A stretch of DNA of 36,188 bases, from the NCBI GenBank assembly GCA_964343345.1, contig CAYFJE010000003.1, positions 1 to 36,188 on the forward strand, read 5' to 3'. A program made the translations under genes and the position numbers. Positions 9,067-17,173 of this stretch are shown here, in pieces (the first letter of the stretch is position 1; each line of letters opens with the position of its first letter). This DNA comes from an uncultured bacterium. Its GTDB lineage: Bacteria; UBP7; UBA6624. The notes beneath the pieces were generated by a model. It saw only the letters and a program-made list of their open reading frames with translations. It searched no databases and was not told where the DNA came from.

Positions 9067-10739
9067 AGTTTGTCAAATCGTTTCTTTTCATTCTTTTTGC
9101 AGTTCTTGTTTGTAAGGCTTTTTTGATTCAGGATAACGATTCTTTAAAAGAAAAATATGAAAACCGTATCTACAGAACCGAAAAACTAATCCCTGAAAGG
9201 GGAGTTATTTTTGATAGAGATGGAAAAACTTTGGCTGGAAACAGGCTCGCAATTGACGTTAAAGGTTTAAATGATATTTCTCTTGAAGATTTTAAGAAAT
9301 CTGATGGATGGTACTTGGATGTTGATTTGGAAACAGTGAAAAAACTAAAGATGGATTTTAAAGATGTGGAAGTAAGGGAAAGATCAGTTAGGTATTACCC
9401 TTATGGGAGGTTGTTTAGTTTAATTGTCGGTTATACAAGACCTTTAGACATCAACGAGGTTGACAACCTTCAAGATTATTTTAGGCGCAATGAACGTTTG
9501 GGTGCCAGCGGTATAGAGATGGCTTATGAAACAACATTGAGAGGAAAGGATGGTGAGATTCTTTTTAGGGATTTGCCCGATAAGTATTATGAAGACAATG
9601 TGATTTTAAGTAAAGAAGATTCGGTAAGAGGTGATGACATACATCTTTCTCTTTCTGTTGCAATCCAAAAATTTTCGTGGGAAATACTTGAAGATTCTGA
9701 AACCGGGGAAGAAACAAAAGGGGTTGTGATTGTTGGGAACCCTATGACAGGTGAAATTTATTCAATGGTTAGTAGACCAAGTTATTCTCCAGAAGGTTAT
9801 ATGTCTTCAAGATGGGAAGATGTCCCAGGATCGTTAAAGGGAGAATTGTTAAACAGAGCAACAGAAGGACTGTATCCACCTGCTTCAACATTTAAAGTTG
9901 TTTCAGCGGCAGCAGCTCTTGAGCATATGGGTGTTGATCCTGCTCGTAGATATAACTGTAATGGTTCCGTAAGAGTTGGGAATAGAGTTTTTCATGGCTG
10001 GAATGAAGATGGCTTGGGTGTTTTGGACATGGTTGATAGTTTGGCTTATTCTTGCAATGAAACTTTTTATTATTTAGCGATGGAAATGCCTGGGTGGAAC
10101 AGAGATCCAGAAATTTTACAAAATACAGCATTTGATTTTGGTTTTGGTTCAAAGGTTGGGTTGCCCATTCCTGAATCATCAGGCTTGGTTCCAAATAATT
10201 CATGGAAAAAGAAAAATACTGGGGAGCCTTGGTATGGAGGTGATACTGTGATGATGATGATTGGACAAGGTTCATTGCTTGTGACTCCAATACAGGTTTT
10301 TTCTGCTTATCAAGCTATAGCAAAAGGGTCAAGGCTTTCTCCAAAACTTGTAAAAAGAATTGGAAGCCTTGAACAAGATGAGGTTTATTTGGATTTCTCA
10401 TTAAACGATTCAACATTAGATGTTCTTAGGTTGGGTTTAAAAACCGCTGTTTCAGAGGGAACAGCAGCAAGAACTTTAATTGATGATGATTGGACTTCGG
10501 TTGAAGGGGTGAAAATGTCCGCAAAAACTGGAACTGCACAAACCGGTAATGATGACTTGTTACCTCATGGATGGTTTGTTGGATATGGAGAAATTCAGGT
10601 TTCTGAAAATTTAAAGAAGCCGATTATTGTTCTTGTTTTAGCTGAAAATGCTGGAATGTCTTCTAAATCTGTTGTTCCAAAGGCTAGAAAGTTAATCAAA
10701 GATATAAGAGACTATTGGAGGTTAGAATTAGGGGATTAG
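9063..10739 (+). CDS. mrdA: Penicillin-binding protein 2 (class B, elongasome)
   Basis: RG.I.DR.G, R.YPYG, G.SGIE..YE..LRG; catalytic STFK, SCN and KTG motifs; in the mre operon. Confidence 0.92.
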   Translation: MKFVKSFLFILFAVLVCKAFLIQDNDSLKEKYENRIYRTEKLIPERGVIFDRDGKTLAGNRLAIDVKGLNDISLEDFKKSDGWYLDVDLETVKKLKMDFKDVEVRERSVRYYPYGRLFSLIVGYTRPLDINEVDNLQDYFRRNERLGASGIEMAYETTLRGKDGEILFRDLPDKYYEDNVILSKEDSVRGDDIHLSLSVAIQKFSWEILEDSETGEETKGVVIVGNPMTGEIYSMVSRPSYSPEGYMSSRWEDVPGSLKGELLNRATEGLYPPASTFKVVSAAAALEHMGVDPARRYNCNGSVRVGNRVFHGWNEDGLGVLDMVDSLAYSCNETFYYLAMEMPGWNRDPEILQNTAFDFGFGSKVGLPIPESSGLVPNNSWKKKNTGEPWYGGDTVMMMIGQGSLLVTPIQVFSAYQAIAKGSRLSPKLVKRIGSLEQDEVYLDFSLNDSTLDVLRLGLKTAVSEGTAARTLIDDDWTSVEGVKMSAKTGTAQTGNDDLLPHGWFVGYGEIQVSENLKKPIIVLVLAENAGMSSKSVVPKARKLIKDIRDYWRLELGD

Positions 10740-10743
10740 CGAT

Positions 10744-10977
10744 ATGGATATTCTTTTAGCAGTACATATTTTGATTAGCGTTTGCTTGATTGTTTTAATA
10801 CTCATACAAACACAGAAAGAGCAGGGTGTTATGGGTTTATTTGGGCAAGGTTCTTCTTCATCCTCATCTCAAAGAGGCTTGGGTTCCGAAGAGTCTTTAA
10901 AAGTCTGGACAAAAAGAATTGCAGTTCTTTTTGTTTTTAGTAGTCTTTTAATGGCTTTCTTGCAGCCTTTGTCATAA
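10744..10977 (+). CDS. secG: Preprotein translocase subunit SecG
   Basis: Two TMs with LILIQ..K..G..GLFG loop; followed by tRNA-Leu(GAG), a common synteny. Confidence 0.88.
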   Translation: MDILLAVHILISVCLIVLILIQTQKEQGVMGLFGQGSSSSSSQRGLGSEESLKVWTKRIAVLFVFSSLLMAFLQPLS

Positions 10978-10982
10978 TTTTT

Positions 10983-11067
10983 GCCCAGGTGGCGGAATTG
11001 GTAGACGCGCATGGTTGAGGGCCATGTGCCCATTTTGGGTGTGAGGGTTCGAGTCCCTCCCTGGGCA
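10983..11067 (+). tRNA. tRNA-Leu (anticodon GAG), CCA not encoded
   Basis: Acceptor GCCCAGG/CCTGGGC plus A; D-arm GGCGGAATTGGTAGAC; anticodon stem CATGG/CCATG; long variable arm; GGTTCGAGTCC. Confidence 0.96.
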
Positions 11068-11072
11068 TTTTT

Positions 11073-13112
11073 ATGAAAGATTTTTATTCAAAAAAAAAGA
11101 TAAACTTTTATCTATCCCAGGTAAAAGATTGGGAGCAAGGAAAATTTTCTTCAAAACTTGAAGATGAGGTTTCTTTTCTTTGCGAAATTATAGATTTTCT
11201 GAATTATTTTTACTATATCGACTCAAAACCACTAGTTGGAGATGATCTTTACGATGCTTTGTTTAGACGTTTGAAGGATATAAGTTTAAAAAATGAAAAC
11301 ATTGTTCCTGGTAATGCAGCAATATTTAGGGTAGGTAGCTCTATAGTCGGAGATAGAGAAACTTTTAAGCATGAGGTTCCAATGATATCTTTGAACAATA
11401 GTAAAGAACTAGAAGGTTTTAATAGTTTTTTAGAAAGAGTTGGGAAAGGAGTTGGGAATGATTTTAATTTAGTAGGGGAATTGAAACTTGATGGAGTTGG
11501 TTTTTCTTTACATTATCAAGAAGGCGTTTTGAAAAAGGCTCTTTCAAGAGGAGATGGGGAAATTGGTGAAGATATTACAGCAAATGTGAAGACGATAAAA
11601 AATGTGCCTTTAAGTATAAAAACAAAAAAATCAATCTTAGTCAGAGGGGAAATAGTAATCAAAAACTCTTTTTTTAGAAGGATGAATAAAAAAAGAATGG
11701 ATATTGGTAAAAAACCTAGATCAAATCCAAGAAATACCGTTGCAGGGGCTTTGAGAACCAAGGACCCATCTCAGACTGAAAAAACACCCCTTTTTGCATT
11801 TTTTTACGACATTCCTGTTTTTGATGGAGGGGAACTAACCACTCATTCAAAGTCAATGGACATGCTAAATGATTTGGGTTTCTATATTGATTCAAATAGA
11901 GTTTTGGGTTCAGGAAAAAAAATCAAAGATTTTTATAGAGAAATGTTAAAAAGAAGAAATGATATTGATGTTGATTGTGATGGTGTTGTGGTGAAAGTTG
12001 ATGAAAAAAAATATCGAGATATTTTAGGAAGCACATCACATCATCCTCGTTGGGCATTGGCTTTGAAGTTTCCAGCTAATAAATCATTAACAGAAATCCA
12101 GAACATCGAATGGCAACTTGGGAGGACTGGAATACTTACTCCGGTAGCAAAGTTGAAACCAATAGATTTAGGAGGTGTTAAAGTTTCAAATGCTTCTCTT
12201 CATAACTATTCGCTTTTTAAATCTTTGAATCTTGCACCTGGAGATACCGTTGAGGTACAAAGAGCAGGTGATGTTATCCCCCAAGTAGTTGGAAAGGTTG
12301 TTGACTCCGGTAATGAAAAATTCAAATATCCTAAACTTTGGAATAATTCAAATACAAGTATTGATAAAAATGGAGTTTTTCTTTATTGTGAAAATCCTGA
12401 TGAGAATTTGATAAATTTTGAAAAATTCAAATATTTTGTTGGTAAGTCCGGATTAGATATTGATGGCATCTCTGACAAAACAATTAAATTGTTAATTAAG
12501 AAAAAATGGGTCAAGAGTTTTTCAGATTTTTTTACATTGAAAAGATATGAGAAAGAGTGGAAGAGTCTTGAGAATTGGGGAGATCTTTCGGTAGAAAATA
12601 TTTTGAAAGGAATAGAAAAATCTGTGAAAGGAACTAGTTGTTCTAAAGTTTTAGCTTCTTTAGGGATCCCTCTTGTTGGCTCTGAGGTCTCAAAACTACT
12701 TCTTTCACATTTTGATTATTCGATAGAGAATTTATTCAATATAAATGCTTCTGAACTCATAAAGATAAAGGGGATTGGTTTTCAAACTGCGAAAAATATT
12801 GAAAAATTTTTTTCAGACCAATCTTTTCTAGAGGAGTTGTCAAAGATGAAAGAATGTGGAATTTCTTTGTCGGAAGAATCTCCACAAGGGGTTCTTTTTG
12901 GTTTGAATATTGTCATTACTGGAAAATTGAGTAAATCAAGGAATGAGATGAGGAAGATAATTGAAAAAAATGGTGGAAGTTTTTCTTCAACCCTATCTTT
13001 AAAAACAAATTATCTTGTAAAAGGTATTGGCGGTGGTTCTAAAGAGAAAAAAGCATTAAATTTAAATGTTGAAATTATTTCCGAAGATGATTTTTTTTCA
13101 ATGTTTTTATAA
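11073..13112 (+). CDS. ligA: NAD-dependent DNA ligase
   Basis: YY...P...D..YD, E.KLDG, RGDG..GEDIT.N, NPRN..AG.LR, DGVVVK, PRWA.A.KF, RAGDVIP, HhH and BRCT domains. Confidence 0.97.
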   Translation: MKDFYSKKKINFYLSQVKDWEQGKFSSKLEDEVSFLCEIIDFLNYFYYIDSKPLVGDDLYDALFRRLKDISLKNENIVPGNAAIFRVGSSIVGDRETFKHEVPMISLNNSKELEGFNSFLERVGKGVGNDFNLVGELKLDGVGFSLHYQEGVLKKALSRGDGEIGEDITANVKTIKNVPLSIKTKKSILVRGEIVIKNSFFRRMNKKRMDIGKKPRSNPRNTVAGALRTKDPSQTEKTPLFAFFYDIPVFDGGELTTHSKSMDMLNDLGFYIDSNRVLGSGKKIKDFYREMLKRRNDIDVDCDGVVVKVDEKKYRDILGSTSHHPRWALALKFPANKSLTEIQNIEWQLGRTGILTPVAKLKPIDLGGVKVSNASLHNYSLFKSLNLAPGDTVEVQRAGDVIPQVVGKVVDSGNEKFKYPKLWNNSNTSIDKNGVFLYCENPDENLINFEKFKYFVGKSGLDIDGISDKTIKLLIKKKWVKSFSDFFTLKRYEKEWKSLENWGDLSVENILKGIEKSVKGTSCSKVLASLGIPLVGSEVSKLLLSHFDYSIENLFNINASELIKIKGIGFQTAKNIEKFFSDQSFLEELSKMKECGISLSEESPQGVLFGLNIVITGKLSKSRNEMRKIIEKNGGSFSSTLSLKTNYLVKGIGGGSKEKKALNLNVEIISEDDFFSMFL

Positions 13113-14009
13113 GTTTATTTCAAAATGTCTATTGAAAATTTGTCTTTTTAGTTGAGCTTGTTCAATTTCCATTGGTTCAAAATGTATTTTTTCATTTTCT
13201 TTTTTTTGAGAAAGAAAGGAGAGGTCTAATGAAAAAACTGTACCAATCTTAGGGTAACCACCTATTGTAGGTGCATCTTTCATCAGGATTATTGGAAGTC
13301 CGTCATTTGATATTTGTACACTTCCATAACTAATCCCTTCAGATATCATTTCATTTTTTTTTATGATGATTGGTCTTCCTTTAAGTCGGTACCCAGTTCT
13401 GTTGTTCAAGTTGGTTATTTTGTAAAATTGATTAAAGAATCTCTTTTTTTGTTCAAGATTAAATCTTCTGAATTGATAAGTAGGAAGTATCCTTAGTGAT
13501 TTTTTTTTATTGTATTTTGGAATATTTTTAGATTTTTTTAATTTTAAATCTTTGTAAGATTTACATTTTAAGATATCCTTTTTTTTAAGTTTTTTTCCAA
13601 TATTTTCACGTATATTTATAGATCTCGACCCAAAAAAAATATCTGTTTTGAAACCTCCTTTTACTGCTAGATAGGAATAATTGCCTTCAATTGTTTTGTT
13701 CCAGCTTAATATATCATCTTTGAAAACTTTAATGCTCTCCCACATAGGCATTTTTTTATTATTGATTCGAAAATCTAAATTTGCACCAGTGACAGATATG
13801 AATGTGTCTATTTTTGATATTATTTGCAAACCTTCAAAAACCGTCTCGACAACTGCATCATCGAATTTGTTATCTAGAAGTGAATTTGCTTCACAGTATG
13901 CTATTTCATCCATTGCCCCAGATTGACTCAATCCATATTTTTTGTAGCCAGTTCTTCCATAATCTTGAATACTTGAAGAAAATCCAGGATTGATTATTTG
14001 AAAACTCAT
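13107..14009 (-). CDS. pxpC: 5-oxoprolinase subunit C (allophanate hydrolase subunit 2 family)
   Basis: PG..SSIQD.GR.G....G...SGAMD, GSRS, NR.GYRL.G, G.VQ...DG.PIIL..D.PT.GGYPKIG. Confidence 0.9.
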   Translation of the reverse strand: MSFQIINPGFSSSIQDYGRTGYKKYGLSQSGAMDEIAYCEANSLLDNKFDDAVVETVFEGLQIISKIDTFISVTGANLDFRINNKKMPMWESIKVFKDDILSWNKTIEGNYSYLAVKGGFKTDIFFGSRSINIRENIGKKLKKKDILKCKSYKDLKLKKSKNIPKYNKKKSLRILPTYQFRRFNLEQKKRFFNQFYKITNLNNRTGYRLKGRPIIIKKNEMISEGISYGSVQISNDGLPIILMKDAPTIGGYPKIGTVFSLDLSFLSQKKENEKIHFEPMEIEQAQLKRQIFNRHFEINL

Positions 14010-14683
14010 AATCTTCCACCATTTTGAATAAATGTTTCTTTATCTATTGGTTCGAATTTGACTTTGTCTCCTATGTTGAATTTATTGATATTTTCAGGAT
14101 TTTTTATCGATAGATCCAGGAAGGTTTTTCCAACGATATTCCATCCACCTGATGATTCCAAAGGGTATACAGCTGTTTGTTCTTCCGCCAAAGCAACACT
14201 TCCTGCTGGAATTTTTATTCTTGGTGTTTTTAATCTTGACTTTTGTATCTTTTTGTCAATTGTTCCTAAGAATGCGAAACAAGGGCTGAAGCCAATTGCA
14301 TATACTAGGTATTCTTTAGAAGAATGTGTTTTTATGAAATTTTCTAAAGTTATTTTTTTTTCTTCAAGAATTTTTTCGAGATCAAGACCTACATCCAAAC
14401 CGTAATAAACTGGAATTTTTATTAATTTTGAATTAGAGAATTTGTTATTCCCTTTGTATTTGTTTATTTCTTCAATTAGTATTTTGTATTTTTTTTCGGT
14501 ATATTCGAGATTGTAGGTTATGTGAAGTGTTGTGTAAGAGGGAATTATTTCTATGATGAATTTTGGAAATTTTTTTTCTAATTTCAGAGAAAGATTTTTT
14601 ATGAAAGGCAGAAATTTTGAATTTATTTTTTCCGAAAAAGAAACAAGGATTGAGTTTTCTCCTGCAGGAATTATTTTATACAT
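14006..14683 (-). CDS. pxpB: 5-oxoprolinase subunit B (KipI family)
   Basis: PSY, IPVYY...G.DL, H....Y.VY.IGF.P.FAFLG, R..PR..IPAGSV, QT.VYP..S.GGW..VG.T. Confidence 0.9.
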   Translation of the reverse strand: MYKIIPAGENSILVSFSEKINSKFLPFIKNLSLKLEKKFPKFIIEIIPSYTTLHITYNLEYTEKKYKILIEEINKYKGNNKFSNSKLIKIPVYYGLDVGLDLEKILEEKKITLENFIKTHSSKEYLVYAIGFSPCFAFLGTIDKKIQKSRLKTPRIKIPAGSVALAEEQTAVYPLESSGGWNIVGKTFLDLSIKNPENINKFNIGDKVKFEPIDKETFIQNGGRL

Positions 14684-15368
14684 TTTTTATTTTTTTTAAG
14701 GCCTTTACTGAAGCTGGATTGTCACTATGAAAGCAAATTGTATCGATTTTAGTTTCACTATTTTTTTGGAATTTTTTATATTGGTTGATGATTAATTTGA
14801 CATCTCTAAGAACTGCTTTAGGTTTATTTCTTGGTATCATTTTTAATCCGTTGTAACCTCTATCCGCAAAAACTTCGTATAAGAATTTGATGTTCTCTTT
14901 TTTTGAAATTTTTTCAAATTCATCTTTTTTAATACCAGCTTGAACTACTAAAGCTAGGCTTTTATTTGTTTTTTTTATAACTTTTAAAATTGTTTTTAGG
15001 ACACTTTTTTTATGCATCATATCGTGATAAAGTGCCCCATGAGGTTTAATGTATTCAAGATTTGCATTATTTTTGAGGCATGTTTCTTGAAAGGTCTTGA
15101 CTTGTTTATACAAATCATCAAAAAGTTTTTTTTCATCAATGTTATGGCTTACTCTTCCGAAGTTTTTTTTATCTATATAACTAGGATGAATTCCAATTTT
15201 TACATTGTTTTTAATTGCTAGATTTATTGTTTTTTTCATGCTAGATTCGTTTCCAGCATGGCCTCCACATGCGATATTTGCCATATCGATAAGCGCCATG
15301 ATTGTTTTATCGGGATTAGGGTTTAGACATTCTCCAAGATCACAGTTTGTCTTGAGTTTTTTTTTCAA
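14676..15368 (-). CDS. pxpA: 5-oxoprolinase subunit A (LamB/YcsF family)
   Basis: NCDLGE, ANIACGGHAG, HPSY.D...FGR, KPHGALY, EVFADRGY, DTIC.HSD. TTG start at 15368 inferred from the family N-terminus. Confidence 0.9.
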   Translation of the reverse strand: MKKKLKTNCDLGECLNPNPDKTIMALIDMANIACGGHAGNESSMKKTINLAIKNNVKIGIHPSYIDKKNFGRVSHNIDEKKLFDDLYKQVKTFQETCLKNNANLEYIKPHGALYHDMMHKKSVLKTILKVIKKTNKSLALVVQAGIKKDEFEKISKKENIKFLYEVFADRGYNGLKMIPRNKPKAVLRDVKLIINQYKKFQKNSETKIDTICFHSDNPASVKALKKIKNV

Positions 15369-15378
15369 ACAAGAATCA

Positions 15379-15999
15379 TTAAAATGAGAAATTGAAACCA
15401 ATCCAAGGTGCATTTGTTGAAGCTGTTGCAACATTGAAATCAATGCTTCTCCAAACAAAAGAAATGGTTGTTGAGTCTGAATAGAAATAATCCCATCCAA
15501 TCATTGTTGTGTCAGGGACAATGAAACTTCCATTTCCGCTTCCATCTTCCCAACCTTGTCCATGCCAAAACCACATGGAGTTTTTCTCAGAAATAGGAGC
15601 AATGTATTGTGCATTAAAAGCAGTTCCATCGATATTATCGCCAGTGTAATAATCAAGTCCTAAAAATAAATTACCTGAATTCCAGATAGTTCCAATTGTT
15701 ATTGCATCTTCTTTTGTTGTGTCAAATTCAGGGGACCAACTTCCAAACTTTAAACCTAAAGATTCAGAGTACATGTATGTAAAATCAAAAGATGTATTTT
15801 TGTATTCATGTGAATCGAAACTATCGTCAAGTGTTGAAAAATTCAAAACAGTTTTTTCAGATATTTCAAAATTCAACCATGAAACGGTGGCAGTTTCATC
15901 TCCAACAGAAGTTGCAAAAACTAATTCATTTGCATTAAGAGTTTGGGAAGAAAAAAAGATTGCGAGTGTTAAAGATATTTTTATAAAAATTTTTTTCAT
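15379..15999 (-). CDS. Small outer-membrane beta-barrel protein (putative porin)
   Basis: Signal peptide ending LNA; alternating aromatic-rich strands; C-terminal beta-signal WIGFNFSF; AGGAGG RBS. Confidence 0.65.
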   Translation of the reverse strand: MKKIFIKISLTLAIFFSSQTLNANELVFATSVGDETATVSWLNFEISEKTVLNFSTLDDSFDSHEYKNTSFDFTYMYSESLGLKFGSWSPEFDTTKEDAITIGTIWNSGNLFLGLDYYTGDNIDGTAFNAQYIAPISEKNSMWFWHGQGWEDGSGNGSFIVPDTTMIGWDYFYSDSTTISFVWRSIDFNVATASTNAPWIGFNFSF

Positions 16000-16031
16000 A
16001 ATTATGCCTCCTGAGTTAATTTTAACTTAAA

Positions 16032-17162
16032 TCACCAATATTCTTCGTAGTGAATGTTTCCAGGGTTCTTGACACCTCGATCAGCTTTATGCCCCATTCC
16101 TTCAAGCACTTCTATTACACCTAACGGTTTTGGATAGCTCTCTTCTCCTGTTTCTTTGTTTTTTTGTGGGACTCCCAACATTTTTGGATTTCCACAGAAA
16201 TACCACTGTGAGGATTCTGGTTCAGGTTTGTATCCAAGAAGGTCATCAAGCATTCCTTTTGATATGTAATCTTGAATATAAACTTTTTCTTTTACATCAG
16301 GATCTCTTGTTGCTAATCCAACATATTTGTAATTTGGATATTCTTTCATTAGTTTTTTATGTGTTTCGAAATAACCAAAATCTGCACTAGACCTGCAAAC
16401 CTCTAAACAGACTATGTCCCCTTTGTAATCGTTTGAAAGAAGTTTTGCAATCATTGCCATATGAGGAGCCTCCCCAGTACCTGTTCCTCCTAACACGATT
16501 GTTTTTGTTGAATCGTTTACATGATGTAGTGTGTAGTGTCCCACTGCTTTTTTTCCTATGTGTATTCGACTTCCTTCTTTCATTTCAAAAAGCCTTGGAG
16601 TCAAGCCAGGTGCTGGATTGCCTTCTCCGTTATCTCTGACTAAGACTATGTAAAATTCAAAAAAGTCATCATTCCCAGCTTCAACTAACTCTCCAGTTTC
16701 ATCGTCGAGTATTCTGTGGGATATTGAGTAAGCTCTTTGTACAAATGCATCAAACTCTGGAGTTGGTTCTTCTTTTTGTGTTCCTTCAAGCCTGCCTTCA
16801 AAACTGTAAAGGCCAAGAGTCGTATACTGTCCAGGTTCATAAGTTGCTTTTTCTCCATCAGGTTCAACCCTAAATACAGCTAAATCTTCATGTGTGTTCT
16901 TAATGCTTACAACTGTTGCATTGTATTTTTCACTTCTGAATTTTTCCTTTTTCTGCTCTTCTTCTTCTTTTAATCTTTCTTCAAGAAGTTCAGCGGGAAG
17001 ACTTATCACATCTTCTCTTACTTCAGTTGTTCCAGAGGACGTCGTTACTGTGTAATAAAAGAACCATTTTGCACCATCTAAATGGATTCTCCAATTTTCT
17101 ATCGTTCCCTTGTCTCCGGACTCTAGTTTTACCAGATCGCCTTTTCTGAAGTTATTCGGCAT
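16032..17162 (-). CDS. fpr: Ferredoxin--NADP+ reductase with N-terminal SH3-like extension
   Basis: PGQYTTLG, RAYSI, GLTPRL, GTGTGEAP, CGNPKM, C-terminal EEYW; about 75 extra N-terminal residues. Confidence 0.85.
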   Translation of the reverse strand: MPNNFRKGDLVKLESGDKGTIENWRIHLDGAKWFFYYTVTTSSGTTEVREDVISLPAELLEERLKEEEEQKKEKFRSEKYNATVVSIKNTHEDLAVFRVEPDGEKATYEPGQYTTLGLYSFEGRLEGTQKEEPTPEFDAFVQRAYSISHRILDDETGELVEAGNDDFFEFYIVLVRDNGEGNPAPGLTPRLFEMKEGSRIHIGKKAVGHYTLHHVNDSTKTIVLGGTGTGEAPHMAMIAKLLSNDYKGDIVCLEVCRSSADFGYFETHKKLMKEYPNYKYVGLATRDPDVKEKVYIQDYISKGMLDDLLGYKPEPESSQWYFCGNPKMLGVPQKNKETGEESYPKPLGVIEVLEGMGHKADRGVKNPGNIHYEEYW

Positions 17163-17173
17163 AAAAGACGATT

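Noticed and set aside
15369-15500. N-terminal ORF-track extensions of PxpA (likewise ALDH, lipoprotein, methyltransferase, LpxA)
   Set aside because: They overlap upstream genes; downstream starts fit the RBS, stop-start coupling or family N-termini better.
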